Assembly (NCBI RefSeq): GCF_040938485.1
Contig: NW_027271164.1
Coordinates: 744,001-808,000, forward strand
Direction: 5' to 3'
Origin: Diadema antillarum
Taxonomy: Eukaryota
Length of the DNA: 64,000 nt
Both the position numbers and the translations under genes were made by a program. Positions 13,601 through 25,958 of the stretch are shown piece by piece. The notes under the pieces were generated by a model that saw only the letters and a program-made list of their open reading frames with translations, ran no database searches and was not told the DNA's origin. How positions within the stretch are numbered: position 1 is the stretch's first letter; each line of letters starts with the position of its first letter.

Positions 13601-15576
13601 CCTCCAGGAACATGGTGTAATTGCAGCACAAGCAGATACTCTGTAAAGTGTAGTGTAATGCAAGAATGTCTGTGTCCATGTCGACAGGCTTCAGGGGCCC
13701 TGCAGGACAGGAGCAAGCTGGAGGCTGACCTTAGGCGAACTCAAGAGGAGTTAGGGGATGCTAAGAATAGAAAACTCCCAACTGGTGGGGCTAACATGGA
13801 CGAGATGGAGAATAAAATGGCTTCTGTCAGGTCTGAAATGGAAAAGGTAAGTTTGGTACGGAGATGTGATTCAGAATAACACTTAGTTTAGCATAGTGTA
13901 TGAATTTTGACATCTAAGGGTAGCAAAGAGAACCTGTTGTAATGTAATGCTCTCTTTTTTTGGATGTATTAAAATGTAAGGTCGCCAGTAGGGATTAGTG
14001 AAGTGTCAATAGCTTAATAAGTACATGGTGTTTGAAATATTTGTGTTTGAAATATTTGTTTATGGCAAATCCCAGTTATAATTTTTGTTTTTATTTTTTG
14101 TTATTTTTTGGGATGGATATTATCCAGTCGGTTCCTGAAATTCACGCTTCAAGCAGTAATGATGTGCAAAATTCAGTGCAAATTCATACTCTTGTCTTTG
14201 TTTTGGTTTTTGTTTTATTCTGGTGACACCAATTGATACATTTCAGTGAGAATATTGAGGAGGTAACTAATGGATTGTGGAGACAAGTTTATAGACTGAA
14301 TACTGTATCGGCCATATATCACTACTTTTTTTTTTGTTCAAATTTTGCAAATCAATTGATAGTTGCAAAATTGAAAAAAATGCTGAAATATTGCCTCCTG
14401 TTAATACACAAATGCAATGTATATCATCTTCATGGCAAGGAGAGAAATCACTAATTTTGATTCTTAAAAAACAAAAACAAAAAATGATGTACGTAAATCC
14501 TCCTCACAGAATCTGAAGCTGAGTGCAGATAGAGCTGATGCACTAGAAGGGGACCTGATATCATCCAAGCATAGGTTACTGGAGATCCAGGAGCAACTAG
14601 AAATGAAAGAAAAGGTATTTCTATTCCAGATGTCATTCTCATTCTGTCATCACAATTTACTATTCTTTCTGGTATATGTAAAGATTGAACTGTCAAAACA
14701 GTTCTTATTAATGGACTCTCTGTTTGATTTCTGCATTTACTTCAAACCGTCGGGTGCCCGTGCATTGGCCGTTAATGCAATACAGTTTGTATTGCGTTAA
14801 CGGCCAATGCATGGGCACCCGACGAAACTGAAGGTTGAAATTAAGAGGAAAATATATATTGATTATTCATTGCCATTATTATATTTTTTATTATTATGAC
14901 CAGTCATCGTTGATATCAAGAACAAACAATTCCTGTTTAAAATACATGCTTACATACCTGTTTGCAGTGTTGTGTCGTCAAATTGTGCAGTAAGTATCAA
15001 ATTCATGGTATTGTTTTGTGTAAATCCCACTCTTGCAAAGTTGCATTGTATTTCTCTGCTTTCTTTATCTAGGACTTGTCTTTTTGAGTTAAACAGCATA
15101 TGAAGATATACATGATGATTATTGTAATTGATAGTCAAGTATCATTGTCAACTCAAGAAGTAATTGTACCTTCCACCACCATTTCACATTTCGATATTAA
15201 GCATTGATGTATTACATTTGAAATTTGACTGTCATTATATCAAATCAACAAGACTTCACCTCCCCCCCCCCCCCCATAAAGAGAAACAGTAGCTTATTGT
15301 TTAACATAATGATATCGCAGCTCAAAGGTCACTCTCAGAAGGAATCACCGAAAACCATCCTGTCTGATTTGTCTAGAGATTTTGTAATTGCATGCTTCTC
15401 CTCATGTACAACTTTAACCCTTTTCTTAACTTTGTTTGTCATGTGCCTGTCAGGAGCTTGAAAAGAAGTTCAGTCAAACTGGGGCTTACAAAAACCTGAA
15501 GTCAATGCTGTCCAAGAAGAATGATCAGATCAAGGAACTGAGGATGCGGCTGCGTAAATACGAGGATGATGACTAG
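4676..15576 (+). CDS. LZTFL1: Leucine zipper transcription factor-like 1 (BBS17), complete, 302 aa; exons 4676-4678 (ATG only), 9295-9422, 9938-10132, 10766-10820, 11665-11805, 13688-13846, 14510-14614, 15454-15576
   Basis: Spliced product MAGELGLNEHHHTTVVNYMRFA...ETFTVDEV...EVESELINTSHTNVLLLRQLFQQAEKWHLKLQADISELENR...ELEKKFSQTGAYKNLKSMLSKKNDQIKELRMRL is clearly LZTFL1. All introns are GT-AG and phases are consistent (909 nt). The ATG-only first exon (ATG|gtaggt) is the least certain part. Confidence 0.92.
4780..5400 (-). mobile_element. 3' end fragment of a CR1-group LINE (RT C-terminus plus probable 3' UTR)
   Basis: Minus strand reads KIQHNMAAINAQHY..PMIVSNTRQYHPNKLLAIPTRTQLYRNSFFPRTV..W, the typical RTxxYxNSFFPRT LINE C-terminal motif, with frameshifts. 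The 3' UTR extent is approximate. Confidence 0.65.
5408..5576. mobile_element. Palindromic MITE (about 170-bp imperfect hairpin)
   Basis: GGAATAACGCATTT...GTATGCAGTGCAC...CACTCCACA is mirrored by TGTGGAGTG...GTGCACTGCATA...AAATGCGTTATTCC. Confidence 0.7.
5819..7360 (-). mobile_element. CR1-type LINE 5' UTR + ORF1 (PHD finger, coiled coil, RRM-like ORF1 C-terminal domain), frameshifted and inverted relative to its ORF2
   Basis: ORF 6696-7271 has PHD-like CEYC...IECEACERWSCLDC...HWFC. ORF 6055-6699 has EIMDREKRKNNVVFYNIPES...AIRLG...PRALLIHL...YISPDMTRQQRE. ORF 5816-6010 begins IRQGKIV. The three pieces are joined by single-base frameshifts. Confidence 0.85.
7366..8060 (+). mobile_element. CR1-type LINE ORF1/ORF2 linker and AP-endonuclease N-terminus, degenerate and 3'-truncated
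   Basis: YTNADSLIN(x)MDELQVLCGEHNPEVIMIC...GYDVF...RGLAIYV and KLLVGCIYRSPS are APE-domain motifs of CR1 ORF2; frameshifts and stops present. Confidence 0.8.
8700..9124. mobile_element. Probable truncated DNA-transposon end (Kolobok-like, ends GTGCCACCT-TTAA)
   Basis: Terminus ...GTGCCACCTTTAA; no matching left end found; start coordinate approximate. Confidence 0.3.
14748..14824. repeat. 77-bp near-perfect palindrome in LZTFL1 intron 7, flanked by AAAC direct repeats
   Basis: 36-bp arms CGTCGGGTGCCCGTGCATTGGCCGTTAATGCAATAC / GTATTGCGTTAACGGCCAATGCATGGGCACCCGACG, 5-nt loop, 2 mismatches. Confidence 0.9.
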
Positions 15577-16731
15577 TGCCCCATGCTGTCTGTGTGGTGT
15601 AGGACTGCCAAAGAGATTCTAGAGAGACGGCAAAGCTAAAAATACATTGGAAATATATTTTTTGGTGTTATAGAGAGGTAAACAGCTTTATTATTTGACT
15701 GCTCTTTACATGTCTTGTAAATGTGCAAATACAATCAGAATTTCTGTCATGGCATTTAAGTCACCGGAAGGTGTAAATACCTCTGGTGGTGGCACTGGTA
15801 GTGTATTTATTTTTTGTTCATTCTGTGCGTACAACCCTATTGGATGACAAAATTTCAGACACACAGGGCTTTAACAGCGCTTATGTGAATTCGTTACGGT
15901 TGATGGAGATCTGTCTTCATCACATCTTTTCCCTATTTGTGTGTGTCCGTGTCTGTCTGTGTGTGTGTGTTTACACTCTTACTTTGAAAAAGTAACCCAT
16001 TACTCAATAGAAGGAATCTGTGGTCATGGTCAAGCATTAACAAACAAGTAGGAGGGGATTCATGAGTTGAAATTCATATCGTTGGGGATTCATATTGTTG
16101 AAAAACCACAAATAGTATTAGTAATGGTCAGCGAATATCTGCATCAAAGCACACGCTCATCGGTAATGGCTGACTCCAGTCAAGATTCTTTGGCTGTGTG
16201 TGTACTTACATAGAGATCATCACATCAGTGATAAAGCTGTACACAATTCATTATTATCATTCTCGAATATGTCCGAGCCAGGCCAGCCTCCCCACTCTAT
16301 GGTATGTATTCCCATGCGCCCAGGTCTTCAAGGGTGGTTAGCATGTCAACATTAACATTATGATGCATTGTCAGTTTTAGTTTCATCCATGTTTGAAGCA
16401 GAAAACCCTTAGCATGTCAACCACCCTGTACGTGCAGCCTGTCATAAGGAGAATGAGGGAGAAAGTAAAATATGAAATATTTATATCGTCTGTTGAGAGT
16501 GAAGATGTCTTGATTCCCTCTCATGGCTTTTGAGAGTGAGCACTGCGAAGTGCCATCAATTTGTTGTATTTTTGCAAGCTTGTCAGTGGAGGTAAGAGAA
16601 TTGTGTATAAGGTCCATAAGTATTGGCAATCAAGCTCTCATTGAGACTGCATGTTGTGTGATCACAGCATACTTACTATTTAATGTGAGCCATCTATAGA
16701 GTTGCAGTAATTGCAGTTTACTGCAACAATG

Positions 16732-17152
16732 GGGTGCGTTCGAGCGCTCTTGTAAAGTGAACTGTACTGTACCGTACCAGCGCCAGAGGAGCGCTCGAAC
16801 GCTCCTAAAGCGTACCGTACCATACTGTACCGAGCCAAAAGTGGACCACTTCCCGATGTGCTCCAAAAGCGTACCAAAGCGTACCAAAAGTTCCTTGTAA
16901 AGCATGTGCGTATTATGCACATACGTCACAATGCAAAGACATCATTCTCTTTGTTCAGGACAGCTGTAAGTAGTTCAAGCACCAGGTGAATGACATTCTT
17001 GCAACAAAAATGTGTGACCTTTTCTAAAAATTAATTGTGAGGTACGCTTTTTCAACAAAGTGTTTGAATGCTCATAAAACTGGCACAGTTCAGTATGGTA
17101 CGCTTTGGTTCGGTTCACTTTGGTTCACTTTATAGAGCACTCGAACGCACCC
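16732..17152. mobile_element. MITE with TIR GGGTGCGTTCGAG(C/T)GCTCT..AAAGTGAAC and GTACC/GGTAC subterminal repeats
   Basis: Inverted termini visible at both ends. The repeats explain spurious ORFs 16630-16929 and 16680-16922. Confidence 0.75.
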
Positions 17153-17674
17153 TTTGATACTACCAATAATCATAAATCAATATCTAGCCATGTATAGAAG
17201 TAACTTGCGATTGCAACTCTTTATGTGGGAAACAACCGCAAACCACAGACTTCTTTCTTTGTGTGCATTAGTTATGACATGTAGGCTAATAGTTAGTGTG
17301 TATATAATGGTTTATGTAGCCTCAAATAGCAGATGATTTATAACAACCCCTCAGAATATTCTAATTGTGTGATTTTTGTCTTCTGTGATCCAGTCATCTC
17401 ATCAGCCAATGGCAGAGTGAGTACTTTTTAAGCAGAGGTGTGTGTTCAGAATTACATTGTAGCAGCATCAAAGACAATAATGAGGCCACTGTGAACTTTG
17501 CAGTACAGGAACTAATGTTAAAAAATGAAAATTGTATACTATTTGGAAACCATTTAGCCAGAAGTTGAGCAGTTATTAATGTTAGGCTAATAGAATAATC
17601 AGAATGTCTTTGTACATGTTTGTTAGTCTAATATGTGTGAATGCTTGTATGCATTCTGACAAAGGTCATATTAA

Positions 17675-17754
17675 CCCGTTGAGGACGAGTCCCAAGTATA
17701 CTCGGGCAGGTGTCTATGGGAAATGCGTATTGTAGCAAAATCAGTCTGTACGGG
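17675..17754. mobile_element. piggyBac-like mini-MITE (TTAA|CCCGT...ACGGG|TTAA); related copies near 42619-42702 and, decayed, 61436-61480
   Basis: TTAA on both sides. GTTGAGGACGAGTCCC..GTATACTCGGGCA...GCAAAATCAGTC is shared with the 42.6-kb copy. Confidence 0.75.
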
Positions 17755-18011
17755 TTAAGTCTGGAAATATTTTAGATTCTATAGATATTTGATAACGGAC
17801 TAGGAAAGCGAAATTGTGTTGTAATGTCAAGTAACGTATGCTGCCTGTGTTTAAGGCAGCTGTGCAGATTGTTTCAGTATGTAATAAACATTGGCTTCTC
17901 ACTTTGTTTCTAGTGCATTGAACATGTACACTTTAGAAACTACGTATTCATTTACATGGAAGAAAATGATTTGTTGTAATGTCCCAAGCAACTGAGCCTC
18001 TTGTAGCTTAA

Positions 18012-18392
18012 AGGGATAGTACAGTATTGGTGGATATGAGAATTGGGCTTTTAACTTTTTGCGAGATACCAAGAAAACACTTATGAAATAGTACAGAGCA
18101 TACCATTTTAAGAGGAATTCAGAGTTTATTTGATGAAAATCGGGTTTGAAATGACTGAAACATCCCAAAACAAAGTAAAACAAAGCGATCGTAATAAAGT
18201 GTGGGTCCCACACTTATTAGAATCGCTCTGTTTTGGATATCTCAGCCATTTTAAAACCAAATTTCATCAAATGAACATTGAATTCTTCATGGATTTACAT
18301 GCTCTTTCATATTTCATAAGAGGTTTCTCATTATCTCACCAAAAAATGTTAGAAACCTGAAATTAGGTCTCAACCAAAACTATACAATCCCT
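18012..18392. mobile_element. TTAA-flanked MITE, Kolobok-like (AGGGAT...ATCCCT), copy 1 of 4
   Basis: TTAA|AGGGATAGTACAG ... TATACAATCCCT|TTAA; body homologous to 25570-25958, 43682-44069 and 63650-63967. Confidence 0.8.
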
Positions 18393-20309
18393 TTAAGAGA
18401 GTATGCCACTTCTGTATGATTACTGATAATGACTGATATGATAGAGAAGATTATTGAGAATGTGTTTTTGAGAGTCCAAAAGTGATTGAATCCTACTTGA
18501 GCTTGTTACTGTAGGGCCTTCCCTGGAAAGGTGTGATGCATGGAAATCACTCTGCATCAATCATATCATTACTAGGCTACCATGGGCTTGAAAAAATAAT
18601 AATAATAAATAAAAAAGATTGTACAAAAAATGTATGGAAAGCTGATCCAAACTTAAAAGTGCAAAAGCTAATTCCCATTAATGCAGTGTATTACATTTGC
18701 ATGATCCAGAATAACTTTAAATGAGCAAGGCTTTGTTACCTATTGGCAAGTGGTAACATGTCAAAATTAGAAAGTTTCATATTTGTTCTTTCCCTTTGTA
18801 CTTGAATGAAAATGGCACATTTAAGGAAATGAGATATCCACTCTAACAATTTGGGGACAGAATTAATCACCTTCCTTTCACTTTTCACTCAGTGATCATC
18901 GAAAGTAAGATGAATCAGCCGGACATTGTTACCATTGTCTTTTTTGTTTGTTTTTCAGCTTTGTATCCAAAATGGTTGTGTGCCAAGTCTTTTTTGTTTT
19001 ACTCTCACATGCTGGTATTTGAGGCACAGAAATATTTATAATTACATTGTGTAGTGTTAACATATTTATGTGTGTTATGAAAGAGTGATATCAAGAGGTG
19101 TGACTTGGTATAACTCAGTACTGCCACTAGTCAGTCTGACCTTGCATACATGTAGATCATGTGAATTGATACCTAGTGGAATATTTTTGTGAGAGTATTG
19201 TGTTTATAAAGATTGCCAGTGTAAATATTGCCAGTATAACTGCATATTTCAGAAGGCAGGAACAATGTACATGTACTGCTCATCACGTATAGCTTGCACC
19301 TTGGAGAGGAAGTACAAGTAACAAATTGGACATGCATAAACAGATAAATGTCATTTTTAAATTTGTTAAGGTGACATCATCACATCAAAAGAAAAATGAA
19401 CTCTATTCAATGGTACTGCACTTGTTACATAAGAAATATTTTTGAAGATTAGATTTGAAGAATACTTATCACATACACACATACTTTAATCCTTTTCTCT
19501 CTTTTTTTTCAGCAGTTTTAATACAAGTTGTATCAAATATCTCAAATTGAATTAAAGGGATATACAGTACTTTTTGTGTGTTTTTGTATTTACACTCTTG
19601 ATAAACACCTGATATTCACTAATAAGTAGACAAGGTAGATTCTTATCTTGTACTATGTATTATGAACACTTGTATTCTTTGAGTTACATCCATCAGTGCT
19701 ACATTTCTTGTGATTCTACCTTTTCAATTGAATTTGTCTTTGTTTCAGTCAAAAAGACTAGGCAAAGAGTAATCATTCTGATTTTCATAAAGTGAAAGAG
19801 TGGTATTCAAATTAATAGGCCTGTACATTTACAGTGTATGTGTTTTCTGGAACTATGACATTCTACTTGTTATGATTACATTATTGCAAGTGAAAACAGA
19901 CACCTTGAAAATTCTGTGTACCCTTGTATTATCATGGTTTGTTTTATGGTTTACTCTAGATAATGTGCTGCTGTGGGACAGTACATATAATGTAATATCT
20001 GACAATTATTGCTATCTGTATATTAGCAAAAGAGTACTTACTGAAGAGTTCCCACAGTCATGTGATGTTTCATAGTGTGACAAAAAAAAAAAAGAGATAA
20101 CATATTATAACTCATGATAAATTCTAGCTATTATCTGTATTATATTTTCCTTTGCAGAATAAACAATATTTTATTCTGATATTGGAAAGAATTAAGAAGT
20201 GTGATTATGCTTGAATATTTGTTCTCTCTTTGATTTATATGCCTTAACTGTAAATTCTTATTAGTATTTCATATTTAAATCAGATACCTATATGTTTTAT
20301 TAGAATGAC

Positions 20310-20842
20310 TCTAGCTCAAGTGAACTCCCCAATGTATTGCGGCCGTTTGCCGTCCTGCGAACTACAGTCATGCGAAATGCGGTGTACATCTTGCGTTAAC
20401 ATGAAACATTTATCATCGTCCTCTTGAAAACTAGAGGCTGCAATTTTACCCAATCTTGACAGGAATCATCACGGGGTGGGTTTGGGGGGTACAAATCATG
20501 ATGATTCCCATTAGGGGGTCTAGATAGGGCGGATCCCACATACATGTATGTACCCCAAATTAGCTAATTTTCATAATTTTGCCATTTTCATCTGAAAAAG
20601 CGGTGACGGGATTTTGATAGAACTTGGCAGAAATCATCAATGAGGGAGGGGAGTACAGCTTGTATGAATGGTGGCGATGCTCCAGGAGCCCTAGCTAGGA
20701 CAAGGGCCTGATACACCCCTTATTTAGGATGGTGTTGCCCAACGGGCATGCGATAATTCCCGAATCTTAAGATTTGTTGAAATACATGTAATTTGCCTCA
20801 TATATGGAGTGCCATAAAGGCAAAGTGCTTTGCTCAGGTGAA
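20310..20842. mobile_element. Probable non-autonomous DNA element (TAGCTCA... to ...GCTCAGGTGAAC)
   Basis: GC-richer non-coding block with termini resembling common invertebrate repeats; family not identifiable. Confidence 0.3.
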
Positions 20843-20852
20843 CGATAGACAC

Positions 20853-20898
20853 GGGGGGGGGGGGGGGGGGGGGGGTCTCACTCCCTTTCTCATGCATT

Positions 20899-20945
<47 letters not shown>

Positions 20946-21223
20946 CGCGACATATACATCGGCGACTCACACAGTAGGCCTCATCACACTCATGGTTTCT
21001 TGAAGAGTTCGTCTTAATTTTGAAACTTTTCCTGGAAGTAACCTCAAAAGTGCTCATGCATTTTAACAAAATGTCATCAACTTTATGAAATGTCACTTAT
21101 CAAACAATAAAGTGAAACGCCACCCGGGTTAGACTTTCATGATTGCATGGTTACAGTCTGACAGACAGAAGGTAAAACTTCCATGAAAATCGGACTACAA
21201 CTGTAGTAAAATGCTTTAAGTGG

Positions 21224-21285
<62 letters not shown>
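20853..21285. repeat. Simple repeats: G-run about 20853-20875, (CA)n about 20899-20942, (TA)n about 21226-21285
   Basis: Directly visible. Confidence 0.9.
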
Positions 21286-21595
21286 TTCAAAAGTTGGCTG
21301 AAGGTACAAACTGTACATGCACAAATTTGGGTACATGTGGGACATAAATATATCATCTAATTACGTGATTTTATATATAGTACCTTCAACCAACTTTTCA
21401 AATTTCTAGAATGAAATCGGAAAGAATGAAACAGTTCTTGCCTCATACAAAAATTTATAAATTCAATAAATGATATCAAGAGCTGGGTTTGAAAGAGAAT
21501 TTAGTTTGATGAGACAGGTAGGCCCTATTTGGTCTGATAGCAGCAAAATAGAAGTAGAGAGCTGACAAAATGGGGAGCTATATATAGGGCTTCGC

Positions 21596-22160
21596 GGGTC
21601 ATCCCACTAGCTACATGTAGACATCCGTGAGTCATCCAATACGGCCTACGAGATAGACTTTGGAAAAGAAAGTCCATGATCCCCGAGAGTCATACAGCCC
21701 ACGAATCAAACAGTCCACACCCTAGCTAGACACAAAGTAAAACAGGTCCACAAGCTAGACACTTGGCAAATAAGGCCCACGAGTTTGACACTAGGCAAAA
21801 AGGGTCCATGAGTTCGACACTGCGTAAATTAAGCCCCGTGATATAATATCGAACTCGTGAGCCCTTTTTGCCTGGTGTTGAGTTCGTTAGCCTCAGAGTG
21901 CCTAGCGTCCAGCTATTACTCAGTGTCTACCTCATGGACCGTATAGCTCAATATGATTGGCCTATTTTACTCGTTGTCGAGCTCGTGGGAAGTGTGACTC
22001 GTGAGTTGTATTGGCCTAACTTATTGGTTGTATGGGTCGTGGGCAGTGTGACTTCTGGGCTGTATGACTCGTGGGTAGTATGACTCCTAGGATGTATGAC
22101 TCGTGGGCAGTATGACTGATCCTGGGATGTATGACTCGTGCGTTTCGAGCTCGCGACTTG
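21596..22160. mobile_element. Modular foldback-type MITE (GGGTCATCCCACTAG terminus; CCCACGAGTC/GACTCGTGGG modules); relatives in intron 3 of both cathepsin genes (about 38228-38575, 57057-57405)
   Basis: Shared GTCATACAGCCCACGA and GTCGAACTCGTG modules arranged as inverted arms; terminus matches CTAGTGGGATGACCC at about 38556. Confidence 0.65.
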
Positions 22161-23078
22161 CACATTGGCATCGCCACCTGTCTACAGATGTAGTGACGTG
22201 TTCCTAAGAGTGACGGTACAGCTTTATACTTCGCAAGTGATATCAAACCCTCCTGAAGTTGATGCGTTATAGACCTCTTGTTTAGAACATTGAATTCACA
22301 CTTTTAAAGAAACATTTACCCTTCAGCCTATACAAGATTAATCAAGGGCATTGTGTTATTTACCATTGCACGAGACAAGCGGGATGGTATATATCGCGAA
22401 AGATTGAGCGTCAATTCATTTTTTTCCCTTTTTTGGTGAGGTCTGTACCAAAAATATGGAAACTTTAGCAAAAGCAACACCGACCATTCCCTTACCCAAC
22501 GAAGGCGTCGTTTTTATGCATTGTATTCATAATGGGGCACCAGTAGGCATATTATGTGCAGTTAGCCTTGCACATGATATTCAGGGAAACAAATCCCATC
22601 TATTTACTACAGTTTTGATTTTTACGACGGTGTGTGAGGCATAAAACAGTAAAACATTGTAGAAATTCAATGTTCGTTCCGTTTTTCTGTTGTTTCCGGT
22701 GGCTCTTTGTAGGCGCCTACATTTATTTGTTGATAATTGCTCATTACAATTCCCTGATAAACGTTTTTCTTTATACTGGAATACAATATCAATGAACACC
22801 TGTTCCATAGATAGTCCCTGTCTGTTGGGAAGACGCAACATCTATGTATCGTATATAGATGCTATTCGGGAGAAAGAGGGTACTTATCTTTGCTCTTAAG
22901 CATCGATTTAACGCAACGCGTAGGTCCCGAAAATAAAAGAAAACTCCTCATCTTTAAAAGCATAGTCGATTAACAAAGGGGTGGGTGCTCCAAAATAGTC
23001 CTACACCGAGATCTCAAACAAGGTCAAAAAGGAAGGTGTACTTCCAGAAGGCAAGCGTACTTCCAGACTGTGTCTACA

Positions 23079-25182
23079 ATGGCTGTGATGAGATGCATGT
23101 TGGTAAGGATCTTGGCTGTCCTTGTCGTTGCCTCTTGGTTCGAGGTCGTCGATGGAAGCGAGTGCGAATCATCGTATGCCTACATGGATAGCAGTACGAG
23201 CTCGGACCGAGGTAAGATGCTTTCCGGTCATCTCGTAAGAAATGTCACCGGAGTGAGGTCGATCGGGGAGTGCCTGGCGATTTGTCTTCGTCAGGGTGCT
23301 AACTGTCAGTCCTTCAACTTCGCCTCAAGTCTCCGTGTCTGTCATGTCAATGACGGCACTAAATCGGATCACCCAAACGACTTCGTGTCCGACAGCGATT
23401 TCAACTACTACGGCCCATCATCGTCACATTGGCTGGTATAAAGTGTCCCATTCCATTGGTAACACTGTCCAGAGCAGAAAAACTTACCGTGAAACGATGG
23501 CATGAGTATTAATGTTCATGTTCACCAATTTTATTGCATAAAAAGAATAAGGGTAATATCAAAGAAACACAAACAAAACAAAGTCCCTCTCGTTGAAAAG
23601 GATGAAAAAAAAAAACAATGATAATTCCAATCTTTCATAATGCCGCAAACGTGTCAGTGCAATGGTATCCTAGTTATAGGTACAAGTTGCAAAAATCTGA
23701 CGAAGAACATTTATATCCTCAATATTAAATCAGTGGGAGTGTCATAGACTTTTATCACGGTCGACCTGTAGTTAAGAAATAACTCCTTGTATTTGAATAT
23801 CATACTGAACACGTACTCCAGAACAATATAGCTAATTGTCTTAAGACAAGCTGACACGTACGTATCCGTTCACGACTGGGATTGGTAGGTCAAACTACCA
23901 CCTTCTTACTTAATTATTCAATAGTTTATCTATCTACCTTTCTATCCATTCATCTGTAAATTGGTCTGATATTAATTATGATTTCACTATTCTGTTCGTT
24001 TCCATTTAGTTTACTGTCCTGTTATCTAAGCTAACTCGAACATCAATAAGATTATACGTTAACCCGCTCCATACTGAATTCTGAAATCGAAGGGACATGG
24101 GACCTTATTCTTTTATCATACTGCAGAAACGCCAAGACGGTTCCCAAGAGTTTTACCTGGGATGGTCAGATTACGTAAATGGTTTCGGGACTGTAAGTGG
24201 CGAGTACTGGCTCGGACTCGAGAGGCTCTATCGCCTGGCGTCTAGTACTGTGGTCCTACGGGTAGATCTACAGGACTGGAACTACAACTGGTACTACGCT
24301 CAGTACTACTTCTACTCACACGCAAGTAATGACTAGTAAGTTTCTTGTTGTTTGCTTCGCAGATTTCACATCAATTTAACTCATCGCAGCGTTAATCTAG
24401 AACTCTTTCCAAGTCTTTTTTTTCTTTTTGAAAGGTGCGTGGCATTTACTAAACCGGCAGAGTTCAGATAACTACAAATAAAAGCCGAAAATGAGAAGCC
24501 TACATTAAGAAAGACAAGTAGACATAGACTCCAATGTAGCGACGGAGAAAAAAGATCACAAGGTTGTAGGCTGTAGCTTATGCATCTGATACCATCATCT
24601 GAAATCTTGGATGAAGATACAAAACGTACAGCTTAAAATACCGGATGAATGGAGTGCGTGTGCATCGGACTTTTGTATACACGGTGCACATTTATATTTT
24701 CCTCTGTAGCCGATTTAATTCATAATGATCAGAATCACAGAAGTGAAATGTTACATTGCCAAATGGTGTGAGGAATAACGCATGCCGAAAATAAAGATAC
24801 GATTAGTATAAACACAAACCTGCATTTATGGTAAAGTTCATACATACAAGTATACCAGACAAGATAATGCCCATTTTTGTTGGTTTGTTCAAACAGCTAT
24901 CGCGGTTATTTTTGGAGCTACTCTGGTACCGCTGGGGACTCCTTGTCCGGTCACAACGGCTATCAGTTCTCCACCTACGATGCTGACCACGACGGGTGGG
25001 GCGGAAATTGCGCTTACTCTTACCACGGGGCCTGGTGGTACACCTCATGCCACTCCAGCAACCTGAATGGCTACTATATCAACGGGGGAACAACCAGTGG
25101 CTACGCCAACGCGGCCGTGTGGTATCACCTGCACGGACACAACTACGGCCTCATGAGGACGGAGATGAAAATTCGGGGTTGA
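23079..25182 (+). CDS. Secreted PAN/Apple-domain + fibrinogen-related domain protein (FReD/ficolin-like lectin), about 283 aa; exons 23079-23435, 24127-24335, 24897-25182
   Basis: Signal peptide (MAVMRCMLVRILAVLVVASWFEVVDG). PAN motif ECLAICL...CQSFNF...CHVN. FReD motifs KRQDGSQEF..GW..Y..GFG....EYWLGL, YSGTAGDSL, FSTYDADHD...CA...GAWWY..CH.SNLNG, TEMKIR. The exon 2/3 junction (TA|C) is in frame; the exon 1/2 junction uses a weak GTATAA donor. Confidence 0.7.
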
Positions 25183-25569
25183 GAAATAGGAGGACAGCCT
25201 GACATGCTATCCGCAGGTTCATTTTTTTGTCATCCCGACATATGATTCAAGGAGACAAAATTGCATTGACATGTGTTACCACTGGACCAAAAAGTCAAAC
25301 GCGAGAGATTTTCAGAGTTTGCTCGTTTTGACCGAAGGAGACGATGATTACGGCTTTATAGCTTGACGTCTTAAAAAGAGACAATAATTAGTGATTTGGT
25401 ATAGTGCCAAAGTATACGTGTTACATGCTAGGAATGTAGAACTGTAGAACTATACTGTAAAACTCTTTGTTCTTCTGTTTCAGAAACACATTCAAACCAC
25501 TCAGCACACTGTTACACCAGTAATGTACCAACTGTAATTTGGAATCCTTGTTTCCCTTCTAAAGGTTAA

Positions 25570-25958
25570 AGGGATGGTCTAGTATTGGTTGAGATGGGGA
25601 TTCAGCTTTTAATTTTTTTTTTGCGAGATACTTAGAAACCATTTTATGAAATGCTAAAGAGCATGTCATTCTAAGAGGAACCCAAAGTTTATTTTTGATG
25701 AAAATCGGTTTTGAAATGGCTGAGATCTCAAGAAACAAAGTCAAACAAAGCGATCCTAATGGGTTCCACCTAGGATCTCTTTGTTTTTGATATCTCAGCC
25801 AGTTCAAAACCATTTTTAATCAAATAAACTTTGATTTTTTCTTAGAATTATATGCTCTTTCATATTTCATAAGATGTTTCTCATTATCTAAAATAAAAAT
25901 CCTCATCAAAAACGTTGAAAACCTGAAGCCCACTTTTAATCAAAACTATACCAACCCT
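25570..25958. mobile_element. Kolobok-like TTAA MITE, copy 2
   Basis: TTAA|AGGGATGG... AACTATACCAACCCT; homologous to 18012-18392. Confidence 0.75.

Noticed and set aside
16630-16929. Repetitive ORFs (YGTVR/GTVQ)
   Set aside because: Translation of MITE subterminal repeats.
23846-23884. 39-nt candidate micro-exon for the FReD gene (donor TTG|GTAGGT)
   Set aside because: The phase-0 frame contains TGA, and the open frame is phase-incompatible and lacks FReD motifs.
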